Positions 25,401 through 39,300 of a DNA stretch of 64,000 nucleotides are shown here, in pieces. The stretch is from the human T2T-CHM13v2.0 reference genome, Homo sapiens. Where the stretch lies: NCBI RefSeq assembly GCF_009914755.1, contig NC_060933.1; one strand, given 5' to 3'. How positions within the stretch are numbered: position 1 is the stretch's first letter; each line of letters begins with the position of its first letter. A program made the translations under genes and the position numbers. Below the pieces are notes generated by a model. It saw only the letters and a program-made list of their open reading frames with translations. It ran no database searches and had not been told where the DNA came from.

Positions 25401-28290
25401 TGCAGGGGAATGTAATGGAACGGAATGCAATGGAATGGAATCATCCGGAATGGAATGGAATGGAATGGAATGGAATGGAATGGAATGGAATCAACCCGAG
25501 TGCAATGGAATGGAGTGGAATGGAATGGAATGGAATGGAACAACCCGAATGGAATGGAATGTAATGGAGAGTAAGGGAGTTGAATAGAATCAATCGGAAT
25601 GTAATGGAATGGAATGCAACGGAATGGAATGGAATGGAATGGAATGGAATGGAATGGAATGGAATGGAATGCAAAGGAATGGAATCAACCCGAGTGGAAT
25701 GGCATGGAATGGAATGCAATGGAATGGTATGGAATGGAATCAACTCGAATGGAAAGGAATGGAATGGAATGGAAAGGAATGGAATGAAATCAACTCGAGT
25801 GGAATGGAATGGAATGGATTGGAATGGATTGCAATGGAATGAAATGGAATGGAATGGAATATAATCAATCATTCCGAGTGGAATGGAAGGGAATGTAATG
25901 GAGTGGAAAGAAGGGAATGGAATCAACCCGATTGGAATGCAAGGCAATGGAATGGAATGGAAAGGAATGGAATGGAATCAACTCGATTGCAATGGAATGG
26001 AATGGAATGGAATGGAATGGAATGGAATTAACCGGAATAGAATGGAATGCAATGGAATGGAACGGAATGGAATGGAATAGAAGGTAATGGAATCAACACG
26101 AGTGCAGTGGAATGGAATGGAATGGAATGCAATGGAATGGAATCATCCGGAATGGAATGGAATGGAATGGAATCAACTCCATTGCAATGGAATGGAATGG
26201 AATGGAATGGAATAGAATGGAATGGAATTAACCCGAATAGAATGGAATGCAATAGAATGGAATGCAACGGAACCGAATGGAGTGGAATGGAATGGAATGG
26301 AATCAACCTGAGTGCAGGGGAATGGAATGGAATGGAATGCAATGGAATGGAATCATCCGGAATGGAATGGAATGGAATGGAATGGAATCAAACCGAGTGC
26401 AATGGAATGGAGTGAAATGGAATGGAATGGAATGGAAACAACCAGAATGGATTGGAATATAATGGAGTGTAAGGGAATTGAATAGAGTCAAAATGAATGT
26501 AATGAAATGGAATGGAACGGAATGGAATGGAATGGAATGGAATGGAATGGAATGGAATGGAATGGAATCAACCCGAGTGGAATGGCATGGAATGGAATGC
26601 AATGGAATGGAATGGAATGGAATGGAATGGTTCGGAATAGAATGGATTGGAACAAAATGGAATGGAATGGAATGGAATGGAATGGAATAGAATGGAATGG
26701 AATGGAATCAAGTCGATTGCAGTGGAATAGAATGGAATGGAATGGAACGGATTGGAATGGAATGGAATGGAATGGAATGGAATTAAATGGAATGGAAAGG
26801 AATGGAATCAACCAGAGTGGAATGGAAGGGAATGGAATGGAATGGAAACTAATAGAATGGAATCAACCCGAGTGGAATGGAATGGAAAGGACTGGAATGG
26901 AATGGAATGGAATGGAATGGAATGGAATCAACTCGATTGTAATGGAATGGAATGGAATGGAATGGAATGGAATTAACCTGAATACAATGGAATGGAATGG
27001 AATGGAACGGAATGGAGTGGAATGGAATGGAATCAACCCGAGTGCAGGGGAATGGAATGGAATGGAATGCAATGGAATGGAATCATCCGGAATGGAATGG
27101 AATGGAATGGAATGCAAAGCAATGGAATCAACTCGATTGCAATGGAATGGAATGGAATGGAAAGGAATACATTGGAATCAACCCGAGTGGAATGGAATGG
27201 TAAGGACTGGAATGGAGTGGAATGGAATGGAATGGAATCAACTCGATTGGAATGGAATGGAATGGAATGGAATGGAATTAACCCGAATAGAATGGAATGG
27301 AATGGAATGGAATGGAATCAACGCGAGTGCAGGGGAATGGAATGGAGTGGAATGTAATGGAATGGAATCTTCCGGAATGGAATGGAATGGAATGGAATGG
27401 AATGAATGGAATGAAAGGCAATGGATTCAACTCGATTGCAATGCAATGGAATAGAATGGAAGGGAATGGAATGGAATGGAATGGAATTGAATGGAATGGA
27501 ATGCCTTCAAACCGAATGGAATGGAAAGGAATGGAATCAACACGAGTGGAAAGGAATGGAATGGAAAGGAATGGAATGGAATGGAATGGTACCGAATAGA
27601 ACGGAATGGAACGAACTGGAATGGAATGGAATGGATTGGAATAGAATGGAATGGAATGGAATGGAATCGTTCCGAGTGGAATAGGAGGGAATGTATTCGA
27701 GTGGAATGGAAAGGAATGGAATCAACCAGAGTGGAATGGAAGGGAATGGAATGGAATGGAAACTAATAGAATGGAATCAACCCGAGTGGAATGGAATGGA
27801 AAGGACTGGAATGGAATGGAATGGAATGGAATGGAATGGAATGGAATGGAATCAACTCGATTGGAATGGAATGGAATGGAATGGAATGGAATGGAATGGA
27901 ATGGAATGGAATTAACCCGAATACAATGGAATGGAATGGAATGGAACGGAATGGAGTGGAATGGAATGGAATCAACCCGATTGTAATGGAATGGAAAGGA
28001 CTGGAATGGAGTGGAATGGAATGGAATGCAATGGAATGGAATCAACTCGATTGGAATGGAATGGAATGGAATGGAATGCAATGGAATGGAATCTTCCGGA
28101 ATGGAATGGAATGGAATGGAATGGAATGGAATAAACCCGAGTGCAATGGAATGGAGTGGAATGGAATGGAATGGTATGGAACAACCCGAATGGAATGGAA
28201 TGTAATGGAGAGTAAGGGAGTTGAATAGAATCAATCCGAATGGAATGGAATGGAATGGAACGGAATGGAATTGAATGGAATGGAATGGAA
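16440..28290 (+). repeat. ~4.2-kb direct duplication at ~7.62-kb offset (16440-20640 ~ 24060-28290)
   Basis: ORF twins at +7621 to +7648 (16802/24423, 18218/25849, 19110/26737, 20363/28011). Private shared variants are GAGACTAAGGGAGATGAATAGAATCAATTAGA (16798/24419), GGAATATAATCAATCA, GAAGGTAATGG, TCAAAATGAATG and GGTACCGAATAGAACGG. Confidence 0.9.
21208..23790 (+). repeat. 1,258-bp tandem duplication (21208-22532 ~ 22466-23790)
   Basis: Identical ORFs at +1258 (21402/22660, 21502/22760). Shared variants GGAAGGTAATGCAATGGAAAGG (21378/22636), TAGAGTCAAT (21831/23089) and CAACACTAGT (22171/23429). One SNP and compensating 5-bp indels separate the copies. Confidence 0.93.
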
Positions 28291-31200
28291 TGGAATGGAA
28301 TGGTATGGAATCGAATGGAATGGTACGGAATAGAATGGAATGGAAAGAATTGGAATGGAATGGAATCGAATGGAATGGAATGGAATGGAATGGAATCAAC
28401 CCGAGTGCAGGGGAATGTAATGGAACGGAATGTAATCGAATGGAATCATCCGGAATGGAATGGAATGGAATGGAATGGAATGGAACCAACTCGATTGTGA
28501 TGGAATGGAATGGAATGGAATGGAATGGAATGGAATTAACCCGAATACAATGGAATGGAATGGAATGGAACGGAATGGAGTGGAATGGAATGGAATCAAC
28601 CCGAGTGCAGAGGAATGGAATGGAATGGAATGCAATGGAATGGAATCATCCGGAATGGAATGGAATGGAATGGAATGCAAAGCAATGGAATCAACTCGAT
28701 TGCAATGGAATGGAATGGAATGGAAAGGAATACATTGGAATCAACCCGAGTGGAATGGAATGGAAAGGACTGGAATGGAGTGGAATGGAATGGAATGGAA
28801 TGGAATGGAATCAACTCGATTGGAATGGAATGGAATGGAATAGAATGGAATGGAATGGAATTAACCCGAATAGAATGGAATGGAATGGAATGGAATGGAA
28901 CGGAACGGAACGGAACGGAATGGAATGGAATGGAATGGAATGGAATGGAATGGAATCAACCCGACTGCAGGGGAATGGAATGGAATGGAATGCAATGTAA
29001 TGGATTCAACTTGAATGGAATGCAAAGAATGGAATCAACACGAGTGGAATGGCATGGATTGGAATGGAATGGAATGGAATCAACCCGAGTACAGGGGAAT
29101 GGAATGGAATGGAATGCAATGGAATGGAATCATCCGTAATGGAATGGAAAGGAATGGAATGGAATGGAATGGAATGGAATGGAATGGAATCAACTCGAAT
29201 GCAGTCGAATGGAATGGAATGGAATTAACCCGAATAGAATGGAATGGAATGGAATGGAACGGAACGGAACGGAATGGCATGGAATGGAATGGAATGGAAT
29301 GGAATGGAATGGAATGGAACGGAAAGGAATGGAATGGAATGGAATGGAATGGAATGGAATGGAATGGAATGGAATGAACGCGAGTGCAGGGGAATGGAAT
29401 GGAATGGAATGCAATGGAATGGAATCTTCTGGAATGGAATGGAATGGAATGGAATGGAATGGAATGGAATGAACCCTAGTGCAATGGAATGGAGTGGAAT
29501 GGAATGGAATGGAATGGAATGGAACAACCCGAATGGAATGGAATGTAATGGAGAGTAAGGGAGTTGAATAGAATCAATCCGAATGTAATGGAATGGAATG
29601 GAACGGAATGGAATTGAATGGAATGGAATGGAATGCAATGGAATGGAATCTTCCGGAATGGAATGGAATGTAATGGAATCAACCCGAGTGCAGTGGAATG
29701 GAGTGGAATGGAATGGAATGGAATGGAACAACCCGAATGGAATCGAATGTAAAGGAGAGTAAGGGAGTTGAATAGAATCAATCCGAATGTAATAGAATGG
29801 AATGGAACGGAATGGAATGGAATGGAATGGGATGGAATGGAATGGAATGGAATGCAATGGAATGGAATCAACCCGAGTGCAATCGAATGGAATCGAATGG
29901 AATGGAATGCAATGGAATGGATTCAACTAGAATGGAATGGAAATAATGGAATCAACACTAGTGGAAGGGCATGGATTGGAATGGAATGGAATGGAATCAA
30001 CCCGAGTACAGGGGAATGGAATGGAATGGAATGCAATGGAATGGAATCATCCGTAATGGAATGGAAAGGAATGGAATGGAATGGAATGGAATGGAATGGA
30101 ATGGAATGGAATCAACTCGATTGCAATCGAATGGAATGGAATGGAATAAACCCGAATAGAATGGAATGGAATGGAATGGAACGGAACGGAACGGAATGGA
30201 ATGGAATGGAATGGAACGGAAAGGAAGGGAATGGAATGGAATAGAATGGAATAGAATGGAATCAACGCGAGTGCAGGGGAATGGAATGGAATGGAAGGCA
30301 ATGGAATGGAATCTTCCGGAATGGAATGGAATGGAATGGAATGGAATGGAATCAACCCGAGTCCAATGGAATGGAGTGGAATGGAATGGAATGGAATGGA
30401 ACAACCCGAATGGAATGGAATGTAATGGAGAGTAAGGGAGTTGAATAGAATCAATCCGAATGTAATGGAATGGAATGGAACGGAATAGAATTGAATGGAA
30501 TGGAATGGAATGCAATGGAATGGAATCAACCCGAGTGCAATGGAATGGAGAGGAATGGAATGGAATGGAAACTACCCGAATGGAATGTAATGTAATGGAG
30601 TGTAAGGGAATTGAAGAGAATCAATCCGAATGTAATGGAATGGAATGGAACGGAATGGAATGGAATGGAATGGAATGCAATGGAATGGAATCAACCCGAG
30701 TGCAATCGAAAGGAATCGAATGGAATGGAATGCAATGGAATGGAATCAACTTGAATGGAATGGAAAGAATGGAATCAACACGAGTGGAATGGCATGGATT
30801 GGAATGGAATGGAATGGAATCAACCCGAGTACAGGGGAATGGAATGGAATGGAATGCAATGGAATGGAATCATCCGTAATGGAATGGAAAGGAATCGAAT
30901 GGAATGGAATGGAATGGAATGGAATGGAATGGAATCAACTCGATTGCAATCGAATGGAATGGAATGGAATTAACCCGAATAGAATGGAATGGAATGGAAT
31001 GGAACGGAACGGAATGGAATGGAATGGAATGGAATGGAATGGAACGGAACGGAATGGAATGGAATGGAATAGAATGGAATGGAATGGAATGGAATAAACG
31101 CGAGTGCAGGGGAATGGAATGGAATGGAATGCAATGGAATGGAATCTTTCGGAATGGAATGGAATGGAATGGAATGGAATGAAATGCAATGGATTCAACT

Positions 31201-33371
31201 CGATAGCAATGGAATGTAATAGAATGGAATGGAATGTAATGGAATGGAATTAATCCGAATAGAATGGAATGGAATGGAATGGAACGGAATGGAACGGAAT
31301 GGAATGGAATGGAATGGAATGGAATGGTATGGAATAGAATGGAATGGTACGGAATAGAATGGAATGGAACGAATTGTAATGGAATGGAATTGAATGGAAT
31401 GGAATGGAATGGAATGGAATCAACGCGAGTGCAGGGGAATGTAATGGAACGGAATGCAATGGAATGGAATCATCCGGAATGGAATGGAATGGAATGGAAT
31501 GGAATGGAATCAACCCGAGTGCAATGGAATGGAGTGGAATGGAATGCAATGGAATGGAATAACCCGAATGGAATGGAATGTAATGGAGAGTAAGGGAGTT
31601 GAATAGAATCAATCCGAATGTAATGGAATGGAATGCAACGGAATGGAATGGAATGGAATGGAATGGAATGCAATGGAATGGAATGGAATGGAATCAACGC
31701 GAGTGCAGGGGAATGGAATGTAATGGAATGCAATGGAATGGAATCTTCCGGAATGGAATGGGATGGAATGGAATGGAATCAACCCGAGTGCAATGGAATG
31801 GAGTGGAATGGAATGGAATGGAATGGAACAACCCGAATGGAATCGAAAGTAATGGAGAGTAAGGGAGTTGAATTGAACCAATCCGAATGTAATGGAATGG
31901 AATGGAACGGAATGGAATTGAATGGAATGGAATGGAATGGAATGCAATGGAATGGAATCAACCCGAGTGCAATGGAATGGAGAGGAATGGAATGGAATGG
32001 AGTGGAAACTACCCGAATGGAATGGAATGTAATGGAGTGTAAGGGAATTGAATACAATCAATCCGAATGTAATGGAAAGGAATGGAACTTAATGGAATGG
32101 AATGGAATGGAATGGAATGGAATGGAATGGAATGCAATGGAATGGAATCAACCCGAGTGCAATCGAATGGAATCGAATGGAATGGAATGAAATGGAATGG
32201 AATCAACTCGATTGCAATCGAATGGAATGGAATGGAATTAACCCGAATAGAATGGAATGGAATGGAAAGGAAAGGAACGGAATGGAATGGAATGGAAAGG
32301 AATGGAATGGAATGGAATGGAATGGTTCGGAATAGAATGGATTGGAACAAAATGGAATGGAATGGAATGGAATGGAATGGAATGGAATGGAATGGAATGG
32401 AATGGAATCAAGTCGATTGCAATGGAATAGAATGGAATGGAATGGAACGGATTGGAATGGAATGGAATGGAATGGAATGGAATTAAAAGGAATGGAATGG
32501 AATGGAATCAACCCGAGTGCAGGGGAAAGGAATGGAATGGAATGCAATGGAATGGAATGGAATGGAATGGAATGGAATGGAATGGAATGGAATGGAATGG
32601 AATCAACCCGAGTGGAATGGCATGGAATGGAATGCAATGGAATGGAATGGAATGGAATCAACTCGAGTGGAAAGGAATGGAATGGAATGGAAAGGAATGG
32701 AATGAAATCAACTCGAGTGGAATGGAATGGAATGGAATGGATTGGAATGGATTGCAATGGAATAAAATGGAATGGAATCGAATGGAATCAATCATTCCGA
32801 GTGGAATGGAAGGGAATGTAATGGAGTGGAAAGAAGGGAATGGAATCAACCAGAGTGGAATGCAAGGCAATGGAATGGAATTGAAAGGAATGGAATGTAA
32901 TCAACTCAATTGCAATGGAATGGAATGGAATGGAATGGAATGGAAAGGAATGGAATGGAATGAAATCGAATGGAATGGAGTGCAATGGAATGGAATCAAT
33001 CCGAGTGCAATCGAATGGAATCGAATGGAATGGAATGCAATGGAATGGATTCAACTTGAATGGAATGGAAAGAATGGAATCAACACGAGTGGAATGGCAT
33101 GGATTGGAATGGAATGGAATGGAATCAACCCGAGTACAGGGGAATGGAATGGAATGGAATGCAATGGAATGGAATCATCCGTAATGGAATGGAAAGGAAT
33201 GGAATGGAATGGAATGGAATGGAATGGAATGGAATGGAATCAACTCGATTGCAATCGAATGGAATGGAATGGAATTAACCCGAATAGAATGGAATGGAAT
33301 GGAATGGAACGGAACGGAACGGAACGGAACGGAATGGAATGGAATGGAATGGAACGGAAAGGAATGGAATT

Positions 33372-36300
33372 GAATGGAATGGAATGGAATGGAATGGAAT
33401 CAACGCGACTGCAGGGGAATGGAATGTAATGGAATGTAATGGAATGGAATCTTCCGGAATGGAATGGAATGGAATGGAATCAACCCGAGTGCAATGGAAT
33501 GGAGTGGAATGGAATGGAATGGAATGGAACAACCCGAATGGAATCGAATGTAATGGAGAGTAAGGGAGTTGAATAGAATCAATCCGAATGTAATGGAATG
33601 GAATGGAACGGAATGGAATTCAATGGAATGGAATGGAATGCAATGGAATGGAATCATCCGTAATGGAATGGAATGGAATGGAATGGAATGGAATGGAATG
33701 GAATGGTATGGAATGGAATGGAATGGTACGGAATAGAATGGAATGGAACGAATTGTAATGGAATGGAATTGAATGGAAAGGAATGGAATGGAATGGAATC
33801 AACGCGAGTGCAGGGGAATGTAATGGAACGGAATGCAATGGAATGGAATCATCCGGAATGGAATGGAATGGAATGGAATGGAATGGAATCAACCCGAGTG
33901 CAATGGAATGGAGTGGAATGGAATGGAATGGAATGGAACAACCCGAATGGAATGGAATGTAATGGACAGTAAGGGAGTTGAATAGAATGAATGCGAATGT
34001 AATGGAATGGAATGCAACGGAATGGAATGGAATGGAATGGAATGGAATGGAATGGAATGCAAAGGAATGGAATCAACCCGAGTGGAACGGCATGGAATGG
34101 AATGCAATGGATTGGAATGGAATGGAATCAACTCGAGTGGAAAGGAATGGAATGGAATGGAAAGGAATGGAATAAAGTCAACTCGAGTGGAATAGAATGG
34201 AATGGAATGGATTGGAATGGATTGCAATGGAATGCAATGGAATGGAATCAATCATGGAAGGGAATGTAATGGAGTGGAAAGAAGGGAATGGAATCAACCC
34301 GTGTGGAATGCAAGGCAATGGAATGGAATGGAAAGGAATGGAATGGAATCAACTCGATTGCAATGGAATGGAATGGAATGGAATGGAATGGAATGGAATT
34401 AACCGGAATAGAATGGAATGGAATGGAATGGGACGGAATGGAATGGAATGGAAGGAATTGGAATCAACACGAGTGCAGGGGAATGGAATGGAATGGAATG
34501 CAATGCAATGGAATCATCCGGAATGGAATGGAATGGAATGGAATCAACTCCATTGCAATGGAATGGAATGGAATGGAATGGAATAGAATGGAATGGAATT
34601 AACCCGAATAGATGGAATGCAATAGAATGGAATGCAACGGAACCGAATGGAGTGGAATGGAATGGAATGGAATCAACACGAGTACAGGGGAATGGAATGG
34701 AATGGAATGCAATGGAATGGAGTCATCCGTAATGGAATGGAAAGGAATGGAATGGAATGGAATGGAATGGAATGGAATGGAATGGAATGGAATCAACTCG
34801 ATGGCAATCGAATGGAATGGAATGGAATTAACCCGAATGGAATGGAATGGAATGGAACGGAACGGAATGGAATGGAATGGAATGGAATGGAATGGAATGG
34901 AACGGAACGGAATGGAATGGAATGGAATGGAATGGAATCAACGCGAGTGCAGGGGAATGGAATGGAATGGAATGCAATGGAATGGAATCTTCCGGAATGG
35001 AATGGAATGGAATGGAATGAAAGGCAATGGATTCAACTCGATTGCAATGGAATGGAATAGAATGGAATGGAATGGAATGGAATGGAATGGAATTGAATGG
35101 AATGGAATGCCTTCAAACCGAATGGAATGGAAAGGAATGGAATCAACACGAGTGGAAAGGAATGGAATGGAATGGAATGGTATGGAATAGAACGGAATGG
35201 AACGAACTGGAATGGAATGGAATGGAATGGAATGGAATGGAATGGAATGGAATCGTTCCGAGTGGAATAGGAGGGAATGTATTCGACTGGAATGGAAAGG
35301 AATGGAATCAACCAGAGTGGAATGGAAGGGAATGGAATGGAATGGAAACTAATAGAATGGAATCAACCTGAGTGAAATGGAATGGAAAGGACTGGAATGG
35401 AATGGAATGGAATGGTATGGAATCAACTCGATTGTAATGGAATGGAATGGAATGGAATGGAATGGAATGGAATGCAATGGAATGGAATGGAATGGAATTA
35501 ACCCAAATACAATGGAATGGAATGGAATGGAACGGAATGGAGTGGAATGGAATGGAATCAACCCGAGTGCAGGGGAATGGAATGGAATGCAATGCAATGG
35601 AATGGAATCATCCGGAATGGAGTCGTATGGAATGGAATGCAAAGCAATGGAATCAACTCGATTGCAATGGAATGGAATGGAATGGAAAGGAATACATTGG
35701 AATCAACCCGAGTGGAATGGAATGGAAAGGACTGGAATGGAGTGGAATGGAATGGAATGGAATGGAATGGAATCAACTCGATTGGAATGGAATGGAATGG
35801 AATGGAATGGAATGGAATTAACCCGAATAGAATGGAATGGAATGGAATTGAACGGAACGGAACGGAACGGAACGGAATGGAATGGAATGGAATGGAATGG
35901 AATGGAATCAACCCGACTGCAGGGGAATGGAATGGAATGGAATGCAATGGAATGGATTCAACTTGAATGGAATGGAAAGAATGGAATCAACACGAGTGGA
36001 ATGTCATGGATTGGAATGGAATGGAATGGAATCAACCCGAGTACAGGGGAATGGAATGGAATGGAATGCAATGGAATGGAATCATGTGTAATGGAATGGA
36101 AAGGAATGGAATGGAATGGAATGGAAAGGAATGGAATGGAATGGAATGGAATGGAATGGAATGGAATGGAATGGAATCAACTCGATTGCAATCGAATGGA
36201 ATGGAATGGAATTAACCCGAATAGAATGGAATGGAATGGAATGGAATGGAACGGAACGGAATGGAATGGAATGGAATGGAATGGAATGGAATGGAACGGA

Positions 36301-39300
36301 AAGGAATGGAATGGAATGGAATGGAATGGAATGGAATGGAATGGAATGGAATGGAATCAACGCGAGTGCAGGGGAATGGAAAGGAAGGGAATGCAATGGA
36401 ATAGAATCTTCCGGAATGGAATGGAATGGAATGGAATGGAATGGAATGGAATGGAATAAACCCGAGTGCAATGGAATGGAGTGGAATGGAATGGAATGGA
36501 ATGGAGCAACCCGAACGGAATGGAATGTAATGGAGAGTAAGGGAGTTGAATAGAATCAATCCGAATGTAATGGAATGGAATGGAACGGAATGGAATTGAA
36601 TGGAATGGAATGGAATGCAATGGAATAGAATCAACCCGAGTGCAATGGAATGGAGAGGAATGGAATGGAATGGAATGGAAACTACCCGAATGGAATGGAA
36701 TGTAATGGATTGTAAGGGAATTGAATAGAATCAATCCGAATGGAATGGAATGGAATGGAACGGAATGGAATGGAATGGAATGGAATGGAATGCAATGGAA
36801 TGGAATCAACCCGAGTGCAATCGAATGGAATCGAATGGAATGGAATGCAATGGAATGGATTCAACTTGAATGGAATGGAAAGAATGGAATCAACACGAGT
36901 GGAAGGGCATGGATTGGAATGCAATGGAATGGAATCAACCGGAGTACAGGGGAATGGAATGGAATGGAATGCAATAGAATGGAATCATCCGTAATGGAAT
37001 GGAAAGGAATGGAATGGAATGGAATGGAATGGAATAGAATGGAATCAACACGATTGCAATCGAATGGAATGGAATGGAATTAACCCGAATAGAATGGAAT
37101 GGAATGGAATGGAACGGAACGGAATGGAATGGAATGGAATGGAATGGAATGGAACGGAACGGAATGGAATGGAATGGAATGGAATGGAATGGAATCAACG
37201 CGAGTGCAGGGGAATGGAATGGAATGGAATGCAATGGAATGGAATCTTCCGGAATGCAATGGAATGGAATGGAATGGAATGGAATTAACCCGAATAGAAT
37301 GGAATGGAATGGAATGGAACGGAACGGAACGGAACGGAATGGAATGGAATGGAATGGAATGGAATCAACCCGACTGCAGGGGATTGGAATGGAATGGAAT
37401 GGAATGGAATGGAATCATCTGGAACGGAATGGAATGGAATGGAATGGAATCAACTCGATTGCAATGGAATGGAATGGAATGGAATGGAATGGAATGGAAT
37501 GGAATGGAATGGAATGGAATGGAATTCACCCGAATAGAATGGAATGGAATGGAATGGAAAGGAATGGAAGGGAAAGAAATGGAATGTAATCAACCCGAGT
37601 GCAGGGGAATGGAATGGAATGGAATGCAATGGAATGGAATCATCCGGAATGGAATGGAATCGAATGGTATCAACCCGAGTGCAGGGGAATGTAATGGAAC
37701 GGAATGCAATGGAATGGAGTCATCCGGAATGGAATGGAATGGAATGGAATGGATTGGAATCAACCCGAGTGCAATGGAATGGAGTGGAATGGAATGGAAT
37801 GGAATGGAACAACCCGAATGGAATGGAATGTAATGGAGACTAAGGGAGTTGAATAGAATCAATCCGAATGTAATGGAATGGAATGCAACGGAATGGAATG
37901 GAATGGAATGCAATGGAATGGAATGGAATGGAATGCAAAGGAATGGAATCAACCCGAGTGGAATGGCATGGAATGGATTGCAATGGATTGGAATGGAATG
38001 GAATCAACTCGAGTGGAAAGGAATGGAATGGAATGGAAAGGAATGGAATGAAGTCAACTCGAGTGGAATGGAATGGAATGGAATGGATTGGAATGGATTG
38101 CAATGGAATGAAATGGAATGGAATGGAATGGAATCAATCATTCCGAGTGGAATGGAAGGGAATGTAATGGAGTGGAAAGAAGGGAATGGAATCAACCCGA
38201 GTGGAATGCAAGGCAATGGAATGGAATTGAAAGGAATGGAATGGAATCAACTCGATTGCAATGGAATGGAATGGAATGGAATGGAATGGAATGGAATGGA
38301 TTTAACCGGAATAGAATGGAATGGAATGGAATGGAACGGAATGGAATGGAATGGAAGGGAATGGAATCAACACCAGTGCAGGGGAATGGAATGGAATGGA
38401 ATGCAATGCAATGGAATCATCCGGAATGGAATGGAATGGAATGGAATCAACTCCATTGCAATGGAATGGAATGGAATGGAATGGAATAGAATGGAATGGA
38501 ATTAACCCGAATAGATGGAATGCAATAGAATGGAATGCAACGGAACCGAATGGAGTGGAATGGAATGGAATGGAATTAACCCGAGTACAGGGGAATGGAA
38601 TGGAAGGGAATGCAATGGAATGGAGTCATCCGTAATGGAATGGAAAGGAATGGAACGGAACGGAATGGAATGGAATGGAATGGAATGGAATCAACGCGAG
38701 TGCAGGGGAATGGAATGGAATGGAATGCAATGGAATGGAATCTTCCGGAATGGAATGGAATGGAATGGAATGAAAGGCAATGGTTTCAACTCGATTGCAA
38801 TGGAATGGAATAGAATGGAATGGAATGGAATGGAATGGAATGGAATGGAATTGAATGGAATGGAATGCCTTCAAAACGAATGGAATGGAAAGGAATGGAA
38901 TCAACACGAGTGGAAAGGAATGGAATGGAAAGGAATGGAATGGAATGGAATGGTACGGAATAGAACGGAATGGAACGAACTGGAATGGAAAGGAATGGAA
39001 TGGAATGGAATGGAATCGTTCCGAGTGGAATAGGAGGGAATGTATTCGAGTGGAATGGAAAGGAATGGAATCAACCAGAGTGGAATGGAAGGGAATGGAA
39101 TGGAATGGAAACTAATAGAATGGAATCAACCCGAGTGGAATGGAATGGAAAGGACTGGAATGGAATGGAATGGAATGGAATGGAATGGAATGGAATCAAC
39201 TCGATTGTAATGGAATGGAATGGAATGGAATGGAATGGAATGCAATGGAATGGAATGGAATGGAATTAACCCGAATACAATGGAATGGAATGGAACGGAA

